Shown piece after piece: positions 25,639 to 38,771 of a stretch of DNA of 64,000 bases (positions are counted from its first letter, which is position 1; every line of letters starts with the position of its first letter). The translations under genes and the position numbers were made by a program. The stretch is from Carcharhinus longimanus (Eukaryota). The notes below the pieces were generated by a model. The model saw only the letters and a program-made list of their open reading frames with translations. It searched no databases and was not told where the DNA came from. The stretch is taken from contig JASCQW010000132.1 of assembly GCA_030264375.1 (NCBI GenBank), positions 138,363,010 through 138,427,009 of the forward strand, written 5' to 3'.

Positions 25639-25974
25639 TATAATTACAGCTTCATCTTTAGTGGGACATCTGATCTTTAGTGACATCATGTGCATTAACT
25701 CTAAATATCTTGACAAACAATACTGTATTCTTAAATTTGCAAATACTGAGAACCAGGTTCACATGCCTAAATGAATCACAGTACTTTAGCCCAACTTGTG
25801 CTGGAACTGCAGAGGGTAGTTTTCCAAACCCATCCTGTGAGCAAGTTCTTCACCCACCAACAGGATACATCAATAACACAGCAAAGGTCGGAAAATCATG
25901 CATAGACATTGCCTGCTATGCACCATCAGTGGCTAAGCTTCCTTGTAACTCACAGGACACAACAATCAAGTGAT

Positions 25975-26840
25975 ATGGGCCCATCTCTGGTTTCCCTTGA
26001 GAAGGTGGTGTGAACTGCTGGGTCCATGTGGTATGGATACACCCCCACAATGATAGGGAGGGAGTTACAGGCTCCTGTTGCAACAACAGTTGAGAAAAAG
26101 CGATAAAAATTCTGGAACACGCAAGTGATGATGTTCCAATGCCTCTGGCTCCCGTGACCACCCCGCTGGCAGAGGTTGAGAGTTTGGAAGGTGATGTCAA
26201 AGGACCCTTGCTCAGTAGCTGCTGTGCATCTTGTAAATGGTACACCCTGCTGCCTCCGCACAATGGCAGAGAGATTGGATTTTTAAATGATGTCATCAAG
26301 CATGCTGCTTTGTCGTGGATGATACTGTGTTTCTTGGGTGTTGTTGGAATTGCACCTATCCAGGCAAGTGAAAAGTATCCCATCACATTCCTGACTTCTA
26401 CCTTCAAGATGATGAACAGGCTCTGGGGAGTCAGGAGATGAGTTATAAGCCATAAAATACCCAGCCTCTGATCTGTTCTTGTAGGTACTGCATCTATATA
26501 GTTGGCCAAGTTAAGTTTCTGGTTGACACTCCCCCCCCCCAAGATATTGATGGTGGGGGATTCAGCAGGGCTAATGCCGTTCGACATCTAAGGGGTATGA
26601 TTGTGTTTTTGTTTGTCGGAAGTGATTATTTCCTGACACTTAGCCCAAATGATGTCCAAGTCTTGAGTGTGGGAATGGACTGCTTGAGTATCTGAGAAGT
26701 CACCAATGGTACTTGACACTGTGCGATGGTCGGCGACCACCTCCACATCTGACCTTATGTCGGAAGGAAGGTCAGTGATGAAACATCCTGAAGATGCTCG
26801 GGCCTAGGACACTACTCTGAAGAACAACAGTAGTGATGTC
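25975..26840 (-). mobile_element. CR1-group LINE 3' remnant, same family as 17165-17790
   Basis: ORF 25916-26587 contains HLLTPQSLFIILKVEVRNVMGYFSLAWIGA. Confidence 0.75.
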
Positions 26841-26880
26841 AGAAGTTGACAGAATTTCAGAAATTTGTCTAATTTAGTAA

Positions 26881-27078
<198 letters not shown>

Positions 27079-29284
27079 TAGAAAATTCCTTTGTTCAAAG
27101 CTTTTTCAGAGGGGTAGGTCTTAAATCTTAAAGGAGTGAGAGGGGTGAAGGGGTTTAGGGAAGAAATTGCAGAGCTTAGGGCCCAAGCATGACAATCAGT
27201 GAAGGAGGAATGAAATAGAGGATGTGTAGGAGGCCGGAATCCTGGAGCACAGATATCCTGGATAGTTGCTGGACCGGAGGAAGTTACAGATGTGGGGGGA
27301 GGCAGAACCATGGAGGGATTTGAAAACAAACGGGAATTTTAAAAGTGAAGTGTTGCTGCATTCGGAACATGGGACTTGGAGCAGGAATAGGCCTTTGAGC
27401 CTACTTTGCCATTAGATAAAATCACGGCTGATGTGATTGTGGTCTTGTCTCCACTTTTCTGTCACCCCGTCCCATAACCCCTTGTCTCTCAAAAATCTAT
27501 TAAACTCAGCCTTGAATGTATTAGATGACTCAACCTCCATTGTTCTCTGGGCAAGAGAATTCACCATTTTTTTTTTGGCAAAAAATTCCTGAACTTTGCC
27601 TTAAAGTGTGCCCCTTAGATCTAGTCTCACCATGTAGATCATTGAGCTCAGGTTTACGGAGAGTGAAAAGCCTGACCCGGGGAACATTCCATCTTGTTAT
27701 CTGCTCTTTTGTGATTTATAAATAGAGCTGCAATCCTAGCACTTTCCGCCAACAAACTAGCGTTGATTCTCATGCTGTAATTGGTCTATTTGATTGACAG
27801 AAGGCGAAGAGTATTCTTTTATTAAAAATATACTTAGATAACATGGAAAAAAACACAAAAAAGGGTTCCATCTCCTACTGCAAAGTACTCACTTCAATAT
27901 GCCATTAAATTCTGCTTTTTTAAAAAAATGAATGGTTGTAAAATTCAAGAGACTTAAAGAGGATACACAAGATCCAGAATTACTTGTACAGTTTGAAAAT
28001 ACCATTTATGTGGGATTTGCCATCTTTGACCACCTACCCTCAAGATTGTTTTTCTAAAAATGTTCTAATTTAGACTACAGCTTATTGAGAGCTAAAGAAT
28101 GGGAGGTGATCTTATTGAAACAGGATAAATGTCAGGATGTTTCCTCTTGCGTGGAACCTAGAACTAGGGGGCACAGTTTAAAATTCTGGGGTCTCCCTTT
28201 TAAGATAGAGAGGAGAAGAAATTTATTCTCTTAAAGGGTGATTAGTCTTTGGAATTCTTTTCCCCAGACCGCTGTGGAGGCTGTGTCATTGAACAGATTC
28301 AAGGTTGATTTGGACAGATTTCTGATTAATGAAGGAGTGATTGTTATGGGGGACAGATGGAGTTAAGGCCACAGTCATAGCCTAGTACTGCTCCCCTTTC
28401 TTAAGATAACTTACGAGCTCCATAGAGTCAGATTGGGGCATTGCTCCATAGATGCACTGGGGAATCCCTCTTGGACCTTCACACGTAAAGGGTTTGTCGG
28501 CAATTGCCCAACACTGACCCATCCCCCACCTTCTGATTCCTCCTCCTCCTCTCTTTCTCTCTCCTCCACCTCCATCCCCCCCCCCCCCACCCCCACCCCA
28601 AAATCCTAACTCACTTTAGGGCTTCTCCCTGGAGTCAATTTTACTAGTATCTTTAAGCTGATCTGATTGACAGCAGCTAGTGCTGTAAAAAAGGGGGCAT
28701 GTTCTCCCTCAATTCGGCTCGGAGACTGCTGTGCTGCCTGGATTTTGCCCAGCCTGAGTTGGAAGGTTGGATAAGATGGGCAAACCAATGCTGATTGCCA
28801 CTCCGAGGAAGTTACGGCCACTATGGCACTATTCAACACCCTGTGAAAACATAGATTTGATGGGTCTGTATCTCTTGAGCAGATTTTTACAATAGAAAAC
28901 AATGTGTAATTCCTGAGATCTTTTTCCCTCAACTTCAGCTGGGGGTGATTTGGTGGGGGAGGAAGATTATTTTCTACAAATTTGCTGCACCATTAAATGT
29001 AATAAATAAGCAATGGAAATGCGGAAAATGGATTTCGATGATTTCCTGTGTGTATTGTTTTACTCAGACAAGCCAATTGCAGCCAGTAATGCGTTTGTCA
29101 AGGTTTGTTTTACTGTTAGAAGTGAAGTATGAGTCAGGTTTCTTGTTAACTGAGTCCATGGCTCTATTAAATGTTACGATCAATTGTTTGATCTGGGTGC
29201 ACACACTCCAATGCACAAATAATCTATTTTTTTTACTATTAAAGTCGTTTTGTCTTAAGTTGTCAAAATTCTCATATGACGCAG

Positions 29285-29391
29285 GTGCCAGTGGTGACCA
29301 TGTTTATACACACATGTACCCAGCTGAGATGGAGGATTTTGCTGCTCAGGATGCATCAAAGCTGGATACTTGGGTATTCAATGGAGTAAAG
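29285..29391 (+). CDS. PIGN: PIGN coding exon 4
   Basis: [36 protein letters not shown]; gcag/GTACCT (weak sites); 107 nt. Confidence 0.95.
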
Positions 29392-29514
29392 GTACCTGGA
29401 AAATGTTTATTCTTGATGGGAGGCTAAATGACACTAAATGGGAAATGCTGACTTTTTTTCCAGGAGATGTTTCCAAGGCCCTCAGCTCTGGAATTCTATC
29501 CATAAGCGGCTTGG

Positions 29515-29757
29515 GCTCTCTCTCTCTCTCTCTTTCTCTCTCTTTTTCTCTTGTCTCTTGTTTCTCTATCTCTCTTTGTGTGTGTGTCTCTCTCTCTGCC
29601 TGTGTCTCTCTCTCTCCATCTCTCTCTCCGTGTGTCTCTGTCTGTCCCTCTCTGTCTCCGTGTGTCTCTGTCTCTCCCTCTCTGTCTCTCCCTCTCTGTC
29701 TCTCCCTCTCTGTCTCTCCCTCTCTGTCTCTCTCTATGTCAGTCTCCCTCTCCTCCT
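29515..29757. repeat. Compound (TC)n/(TG)n microsatellite
   Basis: Directly visible; explains the S/L/V/C-rich ORFs there. Confidence 0.95.
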
Positions 29758-30604
29758 TTAAAGTGTAAGTCTTTTAACAAGCATTTGATCATCATCCTTC
29801 AGATGTCCCATCCCATGTGGTTTGGTATCAAATAATATTTGATGGTCCTCCTGTGAAATGCCAGAGGATGTTTTAGAAACATAGAAATTAGAAGCAGGAG
29901 TAGGCCACTTGGCCCTTCAAACCTGCCCCGCCATTCATTTTGTTCATGGCTGATCATCAAAATCAATATCCTGATTTTCCCCCCTCCCCCTGTTATTCCC
30001 TTGAACCCTTTAGCTTCAAGAACTATATCTAATTTCTCCTTGACATTAAAGCTGCCATATAAATGTAAGTAATTCTTGGGGCTCTAAGTGCATTTATATT
30101 TTTCAGCAGCTATTTAAAATCTGATGTTTCTGAAACATGGATGGCAGAGAGAATACTGATTAAAAATATTGCTGGCATAACTTTAGAGAATGGTGATGCA
30201 TTCATTATAAGAAGTGCCTCTGGCTGTGAGAGACTGGGGTTTTGTAAGAGCGATTGGCACAGTGGGTGAGGCACTTATCTTTTGCTTCTGAAACCTGAGT
30301 TGAAAGCTTGTCTGGAATGAAAATCTCTTCTGTTTATTCACTGCGAGGATCTGACGTGAAATGAGTTTGTGTGCTCTTCATTCTAATTCTTGGGTAGCAC
30401 AGACCTACTGTACAAAATCACCTCTGATTTGATGATAATTGTCAATCGTCCGTACTGTGGGAATGGGATAAATTGGTGCAGAGAGGCTTACTGTTTTGAA
30501 GTTGGGGCAGAGACAGATGGGACCACAGTGGAAGGGGTATCACTGTACTTGACTGCACAACCTCTTGTTTCCCAGTGTCCCAACATCATCTTCTTCCTCC
30601 ACAG

Positions 30605-30729
30605 GACTTTTTTGAATTTGCCAAAAGTAATGAAACCCTCTCAAATAAAATGTGGGCAGATCAGGTTGTTTATTTCCTGCATTTGCTTGGGTTGGACACC
30701 AATGGACATGCTCACAGGCCGATGTCAAG
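30605..30729 (+). CDS. PIGN: PIGN coding exon 5
   Basis: DFFEFAKSNETLSNKMWADQVVYFLHLLGLDTNGHAHRPMS (LHLLGxDTNGH motif); cacag/GTAATT; 125 nt; this frame is not in the ORF track. Confidence 0.97.
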
Positions 30730-32699
30730 GTAATTCCCTCTTAACCCTTCTCCAACATTTTCCTACACTTTGGGTCCTGCCTTTTTGTCTTCCAGAGCTC
30801 GCTTTCAACCTTGGTTGAAAGGCAATAAATGTTAAATCATTATTCAAAAACTGAGACNNNNNGGGCCGAGTGCCATTGAGTTCAAGAATCAGCAGGGGGA
30901 AAATTGGTAGAATCCATTATAAGTGAGTATTTGGAAAGTTCAGTTGGTGTAGTGAAAGGTATATCCAGTCAACCTAAAAGATCATTTTTAATTTAATAGT
31001 CAATGAGTAGATGTATAAAATAGGTCCACAGAGTGCAGTAGACTCAGATTTTCAGAAGGTACACAAGAACACCAGAATTAGGACTAGGCTTGAGGAGTTG
31101 AATGGCCAACCCCACCATAAGGTAAGACCATGGCTTATCTCATTGCCTCAACTCCAATTTCCTGTCAGCATCCCAACAGGCATTCAATGCGATTCATTTA
31201 ATATGATTACTAGATAAATTAGACATGTATAGCAACATAAAAGGGAAATTTATTGGAGTAAGGTGACATCATCCATTCCACATGCAAGTAGCTGAGATTT
31301 GAGAGCATTATAGATGTTTGTACTTGATACTAGTGGATATATATGATCAAGATAGGAGGAAAAAGTTTTCGAAAGGAACATGGATAAAACAAATGAGTGA
31401 AATTATGACAAATACAGTCTCACGTAAGATGATTGTTAATAAGTTTGGATGCAAGAACGAGGGTTGTAATTACAGTTTAATACACAAAAGGTTAAACGTT
31501 TAGAGATTAAGTTATTAAAATCTAACTCACAGGTACGGAAGGTCATGTGGAATGACAAATATTTACATGAGAACAGTCCACGCTGGTGTTATAACGTACA
31601 TATGCGCAAAAGTTCCAAGTGTGGGTTGTGATTTTTTGGAATTCTCTATCCAGAGGCTGTGGAAACTCAGTCATTGTGAAGATAGAGATGTTTAAGATAG
31701 AGATTGATGGATTTCTGACTAAAAGTTTGTAAAGACTAATGGGGATAATGTTTATAGAAGGCATTGACGTGTCCCTTTTTATGACTATTTTCATCACTTC
31801 ACCATTGCTAGCCCATTGCAATTTCCTATGATCTTTCGAATGATTTTCCATGCTTCCTGTTTTAGTATCAGTGGCGGATTTGGCCACCATCCGTCATTAC
31901 TTCAAGCCCTGTCTGCAAATCATTGATGTGTACAGGGAACAGATGTCTCAGAAGCAAGCCCTGTAGAGACCGCAGTCCATTTGCAAGCTTTCTGAGAAAC
32001 TGCCCTTAAATTTTCCTCACTTTTGACTGGACTTTCTGAAACCTTCCTCCTAATTTCATGCCCTCTAATCTTGGCCAAAAGCTCCGCATTTGGTACCTTG
32101 TCAAAAGCTTTCATGTCCCATCCACCGTCTCTATACTGTCCTTAAAAATAAGTTCTCCAGAGATCAGATGTTGATGGCATGCTGGGGCTTGTGGTATGAA
32201 GGATAGAATTTGCAAGCAATGTAAGTGCTAGTTGAAAGAAATTATTATCCCGCCTTAGGGACGACCAAAGAAAATTCATGTTGGACTTGAGACGTTTCTT
32301 TCTTTATGGCTGTACCAGACCTGTTGAGTTTTTCCAGCATTTACTGATTTTTCCTTAATGAGAAGTCCAGAATGATATCTGGAATGAACGGCTAAACAAA
32401 GCTATGATTACTGAGTGTGAATATCTACATGATGTTTACGTTCCATCGGCCTCTGATTGCCACTTTTTAGACAAGGCGTAATCCGAAACCTCTGGTGCTG
32501 CTTGGGTGAAATGGCTGATGCAATGAAATGCAAAAACAGCCAGCCCTGAACTGGTGTCCTCAGAGCATGATGCATCTAACAGCCCAGATTTAAGTGATAC
32601 TGGTAACATCTGGTGCATATCCAGAAGTATTCCTGCAAGAGATTGAAGGATTTACATGTGAGAAAATAGACTCAGTTTACAAAAAGGCTACTGTGAAAT

Positions 32700-33185
32700 G
32701 AGGCTGTTTTCTTTAGAAAAGACTGGGGGGGTAACCTGCTGGAGGCCTTCAGAATTATGAAAGAGTTTGATAGGGTAAATGTAAAGAAGATATTACCACT
32801 TACAAGTGAAACCAGGACTAGGGGCCATAATTATACGATAGCCCAGTACAAATACAATTTCAGCAGAATTCTCTTTATGCAGTGTGTTTAGATTGTGCAA
32901 CTTGCTACCAGTAGTTAAGCCAATTTGTATCGATTCATTGAAGATAAGCTAGATTAGCACATGATGTGGAGATGTCGGCGTTGGACTGGGCTGGGCGCAG
33001 TAAGAAGTCTCACATCACCAGGTTAAAGTCTAACAGGTTTATTTGGAATCAGATTAGCACATGAGGGAGAAGGGGGTAGAAGGATATGTTAATACAGTTG
33101 GATGAAGAGGAGTGGGTGGAGGCTTATGTGAAGTATAAATGCTGGCACAGACCTCTAGGACTGAATGGCCTTTTTCTGTGTTGTA
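32700..33185 (+). mobile_element. CR1 LINE 3' remnant
   Basis: Decayed LFSLEK...TRGH motifs; GGACTGAATGGCCT tail. Confidence 0.7.
32951..33064 (-). mobile_element. Penelope-type fragment (family A) inserted in a CR1 remnant
   Basis: Perfect 14-bp TSD AGATTAGCACATGA 32951-32964 / 33051-33064 around family A sequence. Confidence 0.8.
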
Positions 33186-35039
33186 TTGCTAAAAATAATT
33201 ACTGAAGTGTGACATACCATGCAGAGACAGAAGATGAGCTATATCCTTTAGTTTATTGTGGCTCGTGAAGATGCCTCAAACCTACTTTGCAGTGACTTCC
33301 TGTTAAAACAGCATGTGGAATTCCACAACAGAAAAGCATATTGTTGAAACTCCTTTCATCACCTTCCTCCTGCTGCTTGCAATTGATCTAACACTTGGCA
33401 CATAGCACTATATTGGTCTTAATATAACTAATGCAACCTGCAAGCAGCAAAACGCTAGAGAAAAAATACAGAGAGAGGCACTAAGATATGTGAGCCGTTC
33501 AAATTTTTAGGTAAGTTGCCAACTTCCATTCTGGCATCTAAAAATCTACACAATACAAGGTAAAATTTTACAAGTCTTATTTTTGTTTACATCCATTACC
33601 ATTATTAGGCTTTGATTACTTTTTAAATGTAGGGTGATGGATGTGGTTTTATGTCATTATATTTCAGTGGTGATTTTTAATTTTGTGGGCATATGGTGTC
33701 GTGGGAAATTAATAAACGCTCCCTTGGGATGAGTAGGACAGACTGCTATTGGGCCCTTGCCTATTTGTGAGAAAATGTTTTTTCAGTTGACAATTGGGTG
33801 CTAAATGAGGATAAATCCTGTCACAAATCTGTGTGCCTCTGAAATGGGATCAGTCATAAGCTTATTAGCTGCCTGCGAACAGTCTGTTGAGAACTAGCTT
33901 TTAAGCTAGTCTGCCATTCTAACTCGTATGTCAAATCCAAAATTGTTAGTGTTTCTCAACTAACTGGAATATGTCTGCTGTGCAAGTTACATTTATACGC
34001 AGGATTTTGACGCACTTGCAGTCAAATTACCCTTTCTACTTCCTGGTCTGAAATAAGACAACACTTCAGAACATAAATGATACAGGGACATATGGCAAGA
34101 CTAACGTGTTGAACAGGATTTTAAGAAATTTATTTTTAAATTCTTTCCAATCTTAACGCACGTTGCAAGCTCCAGTTAGCTCTCCCGCTGAGGGAATGCA
34201 GTGCCAGCAGAATTCACTTTATGACAAGTGATAATGGTTTCACGGTGATCATTAGACTTTTAATTCCAGATATTTATTGAATCCAAATTTCATAATCTGC
34301 CATTTGAACCTGGGTCTCTGGATTACTAGCCCAGTGGTAATACCATTGATCCACCAGCTCCCCTTAGCCAAGGAAGTATTTGGGCTAGCATATTCCACTC
34401 ACTGGGTAAATAAGTTTCTCCTGAATTTCCTTTGGAATTTGTTAGTGACTATCTCATTTATATTTTAATTGCTAAAATACAGTGGTATAATTTCCTTTTT
34501 CACTGATATCCCATTAATCCAGCAGATGTTAATAGTATTCCTCCACCTGGTACCATGCCCTAAGAGGGCATTGATGCCCATGGACTTCCACTGGAGTGGT
34601 TCATGATTATGCTTGGCAAAGTATCTCAGTGCCTTCTGCAGCCTGGTTGAACAGAAAACTCCTGCTCATTACTGCCTACCGTCAAGTGTATTGGAAGGAT
34701 TTACAGGCTGATAATCAACCTGTTTGGCAACATTATGCACATACTTCTCTTGGCCAAAAGTCCTGGAGTGGGACTTGAATCCAGAGCTTTATGTACAGTG
34801 AAGCCTCCCATACTGATACCCCTTCCCACCCCCGAAGAAATATTTCCACAAGAAACATTCACCTGCAGGGAGACACAATTACCTTGCGTGGTATCAAGGT
34901 AAAGAGACCCTCTGAAACCACAGGCACATGTAAATAACAAACTGCCACACTCACTACACCAAGCAGCTTTTAGATTTTAAAACACAGGGTACACGGGTCA
35001 TTGCAAGGCAGAGTGGATTTTCTAGAAAACAAAAGCGAG

Positions 35040-35131
35040 GGGGATTGAATATACAAGTAGGGCGGTCTTGCTGCGGCTGTATAGGGCATTGGTGAGGCCG
35101 CAGCTGGAGTACTGTGTGCAGTTTTGGGCGC
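35040..35131 (+). mobile_element. Young CR1 ORF2 fragment running into an N-gap
   Basis: LRLYRALVRPQLEYCVQFWA. Confidence 0.85.
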
Positions 35132-35663
35132 NNNNNNNNNNNNNNNNNNNNNNNNNNNNNNNNNNNNNNNNNNNNNNNNNNNNNNNNNNNNNNNNNNNNN
35201 NNNNNNNNNNNNNNNNNNNNNNNNNNNNNNNNNNNNNNNNNNNNNNNNNNNNNNNNNNNNNNNNNNNNNNNNNNNNNNNNNNNNNNNNNNNNNNNNNNNN
35301 NNNNNNNNNNNNNNNNNNNNNNNNNNNNNNNNNNNNNNNNNNNNNNNNNNNNNNNNNNNNNNNNNNNNNNNNNNNNNNNNNNNNNNNNNNNNNNNNNNNN
35401 NNNNNNNNNNNNNNNNNNNNNNNNNNNNNNNNNNNNNNNNNNNNNNNNNNNNNNNNNNNNNNNNNNNNNNNNNNNNNNNNNNNNNNNNNNNNNNNNNNNN
35501 NNNNNNNNNNNNNNNNNNNNNNNNNNNNNNNNNNNNNNNNNNNNNNNNNNNNNNNNNNNNNNNNNNNNNNNNNNNNNNNNNNNNNNNNNNNNNNNNNNNN
35601 NNNNNNNNNNNNNNNNNNNNNNNNNNNNNNNNNNNNNNNNNNNNNNNNNNNNNNNNNNNNNNN

Positions 35664-35815
35664 TAAGAAGTCTCACAACACCAGGTTAAAGTCCAACAGG
35701 TTTATTTGGTAGCACAAGCTTTCAGAGCACTGCTCCTTCATCAGGTGAAAGTTTGTGGTACCAAATAAACCTGTTGAACTTTACGTGGGGTTGTGAGACT
35801 TCTTACTGTGCTTAT
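35664..35815. mobile_element. Penelope-type inverted terminal repeats (family A) with the best-preserved hammerhead motif
   Basis: ~60-bp inverted arms 35664-35723 / 35747-35805; motif on - strand 35713-35747; the left end abuts an N-gap. Confidence 0.8.
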
Positions 35816-35959
35816 ACCACATCAAAAGAAGTACTGCAGAGACGAGGAGAATGTTGTTCTACACCAAGAGTTGTGTTTTGGAATGTCCTGTGTGAAAGTG
35901 TGATGGAAAAAGATTCAGCTCGAACTGTCTGAAGGTAATGTATCAAATTTAGCTGTGAA

Positions 35960-36710
35960 TTAAACTGTAAATGGCAGAATCCTTAGGAACATCAGCATAC
36001 AGAGGGATCTGGGCGTGCAGGTCCACTGTTCCCTAAAAGTGGCAACACAGGTTGGCAAGGTGATTAAGGGGACACGTGGCATGCTTGCCTTCATCAGCCA
36101 GGCCACTGAGTACAAGAGTTGGCAAATCATGTTGCAGCTATACGAAACCTTGGTGAGGCCGCATTTGGAGTACTGCGTGCAGTTCTGGTCACCACACGAC
36201 CAGAAGGACGTGGAAGCTTTGGAGAGAGTGCAAAGAAGGTTCACCAGGATGTTACCTAATCTCGAGGGCAGTGACTATGAGAAGAGATTGAACAAACGGG
36301 GATTGTTTTCACTGGAAAGATGGAGGCTGAGGGGAGGCCTGATAGGGGTCTACAAAATGGTGAGATGCAAAGACTAGGTGGATAATCAGAGGGCTTTTCC
36401 AGGGGTGGAAGTATCAATTACAAGGGAGCACAGGTTGAAGGTGAGAGGGAGAAAGTGTAAGGAAGAAGTTTTTAATGCAGAGAGTGGCGGTGCCTGGAAC
36501 ACGCTGCCAGGGGAGGGGGTGGAAGATGGCACATTAGCAACAGTTAAGAGGCACATGGATGGGTTCATGAATAGGGAGGGAATAGAGGGATACGGACCGA
36601 GTAAGGGAAGTAGGTTTTTTTTTAGTTTAGTTAGGGCACCATGCTCAGCACAGGCTTGGAGGGCCGAAGGGCCTGTTCCTGTGCTGTACTTTTCTATGTT
36701 CTTTATTCTT
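35960..36710 (+). mobile_element. CR1 LINE 3' ~750 bp
   Basis: LYETLVRPHLEYCVQFWSP...LERVQRRFTRM...LFSLERWRLRG; GGGCCGAAGGGCCTGTTCCTGTGCTGT tail. Confidence 0.92.
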
Positions 36711-37516
36711 TGAATACACCATGGGACTTTTGGATTTTGGACTCATCTCAATTCTTGAAACCTTAATTCTTATTTTTTTAATCACACTCTTGCCCTGTCC
36801 CCTTTTTTCTCTTATCCTTCTTTTATTGCGTGAATGCAAAAGGGGCACGTTGTAAAAAAACCTCCCAGTGTTTTCTGTGTGCGCGTAAGTAAACCCCCCC
36901 CCCCTTATTTTACCCTATCCCCAGGGTTATTGGGGGACAGACAGGGAAGTGGAGTTGAGGCCACAATCAGCCATGGTCTTATCAGATGGCGGAGCAGCTT
37001 TGAGGGGCCGAATGGCCTACTGTTGCTCTTACACTGATGTCCCTTTTTTGGAGAATCCTAACATGGGGTAGGAAAAAGGTCCCTGCCCCATTTCAAATCC
37101 CGGAATACAATATAACGCTAGCAACCGTGATGAGGAAAGGTCAATGTATTTACTGGATGTATTACCTAGCCTGGAAAAGGTTAGCACTAATAGATTAATT
37201 GATTGATTTGAATTTTTTTTGTTTTAAATTAACACTTGCAACGCAACGAAAAATATTGATTGGGTTTCAGAGCCTGTAAGTATTTTATCAGATGAGAGAT
37301 GCTAGACGAGAAAAATCAGGCTGCAATTTTCCTGTCCCGTCCGCCTCGGGAATCGTAGCAGACGGGGAGGTAGTCCACGCAGAGGTCCATTGCCCTCAGG
37401 CGGGATTTTCCGGTTTTGGGAAACCCCGCCCACAGAGTCAAGGATGAAGTGTTCAGACATTCCACTCTGCACTTTACCCGATAATTCTTGCTTTTCTCCC
37501 TCTGTGTGAGACACAA

Positions 37517-37748
37517 GATGTGGAGATGTTGGCGTTGGACAGTAAGGAGTCTCACAACACCAGGTTAAAGTCCAATGTGAGTCGCATTCCAACCATTATT
37601 TTATAAATTGAGTTTGTGTCTTTATATACCCTGTTTGTGAACAGAACTCCCACTTACTTGACAAAGGAGCAGCGCTCCGAAAGCTAGTGGCTTTTGCTAC
37701 CAAATAAACCTGTTGGACATTAACCTGGTGTTGTGAGAGTTCTTACTC
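37517..37748 (+). mobile_element. Penelope-type element (family A) with inverted end
   Basis: AGTAAGGAGTCTCACAACACCAGGTTAAAGTCCAA inverted against TTGGACATTAACCTGGTGTTGTGAGAGTTCTTACT; mutated hammerhead motif 37655-37689. Confidence 0.8.
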
Positions 37749-37899
37749 TGTCTGCAAAAGCAGGTCTTGCAATTGCTGATATCAAAAATGTGTTTGTCTG
37801 CTGTGTACTCTCCAAGGATGCAGTCAATTTTCAGCTAAGTTTTAGCCTTCTGAATTATAAAATGTAGTCAGATTAGCAGTGTTAGTTAACCCCTACAAT

Positions 37900-38178
37900 C
37901 GTGTATTTAAATGTAATTGCAAAGACAGAAATATGTTAAAATGAAGTCTTTGTATAGGTAGTTAAACCTCTCTCCATTCACATTGTCTGTACCTGTAAAC
38001 ACTTGATTACCTGTTAAGACTCTCATTCCAACCATTATCTTGTAATTGAGCCTGTGTCTGTATATGCCCTGTTTGTGAACCCAACTCTCCACTCACCGGA
38101 TGAAGGGGCGGTTCTCCGAAAGCTTGTGCTACCAGATAAACCTGTTGGACTTCAACCTGGTGTTGCGAGACTTCTTAC
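37900..38178 (+). mobile_element. Penelope-type terminal repeat (family A), longer copy
   Basis: Homologous to 37580-37748; mutated hammerhead motif 38094-38128. Confidence 0.8.
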
Positions 38179-38399
38179 CATAGAAAAAGCAAACAGGGTT
38201 AAGCATACATAGGATCTGTCACCTGTATGTCTTCTATTTTAAGTCATATTCTGTCTGAGGGATTGCTCAGTTAAATCACGTTGTCGACTGTCAGGCGGTT
38301 TAAAGTTGTCCAGAAAATGCTGGAGAAATTCAGCAGGTCAGACAACATCTGTGAAGAGTGAATAGAACCAATGTTTTGAGTCAAAACCAACGTTTTGAG

Positions 38400-38700
38400 C
38401 CTTTCAGCTGAGATATTGAACTGAGGTCACATCTGCTCTCGCTTGGCTGGTCGTAATAGACCCCATTGCACTATTTTGAAGACAGCCAGGAAGTTTTCCC
38501 CCGTGTCCTGGCCAATATTTGCCCCTCAACAAAAACAGATTATCTGGTCATTTGCTGTTTGTGGGGGGTATGCTGTGTTCAAATTGGCTGCTGTATTTCC
38601 TGTGTTACAACAATGACTACACTTCACAAGTATTTCATTGGTAGTGAAACAAATTTGGAACATCCTGAGGTTGTGGAAGATGCTCTGTAAATGTAAGTCT
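38400..38700 (+). mobile_element. DeuSINE/AmnSINE-like old SINE, partial
   Basis: GCACTATTTTGAAGA...CCTGGCCAATATTT...GGCTGCTGTATTTCC...AAATGTAAGTC; similar to 46255-46652. Confidence 0.6.
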
Positions 38701-38771
38701 TTTACCGTAATTTACAGAAGTCGTGTAAATTTCCCTTTTCTAACAATTGCTTCTGAATGTCTATTATTCAG

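Noticed and set aside
29370-29835. Three overlapping S/L/V/C-rich ORFs
   Set aside because: Translation of the TC/TG microsatellite.
30390-30818. 142-aa ORF over PIGN exon 5
   Set aside because: Wrong frame; the real exon is read in another frame, fixed by splice phases and the LHLLGLDTNGH motif.
34954-35712. Long ORFs of 180-240 aa
   Set aside because: Artefacts of an N-gap; only a short CR1 fragment is real.
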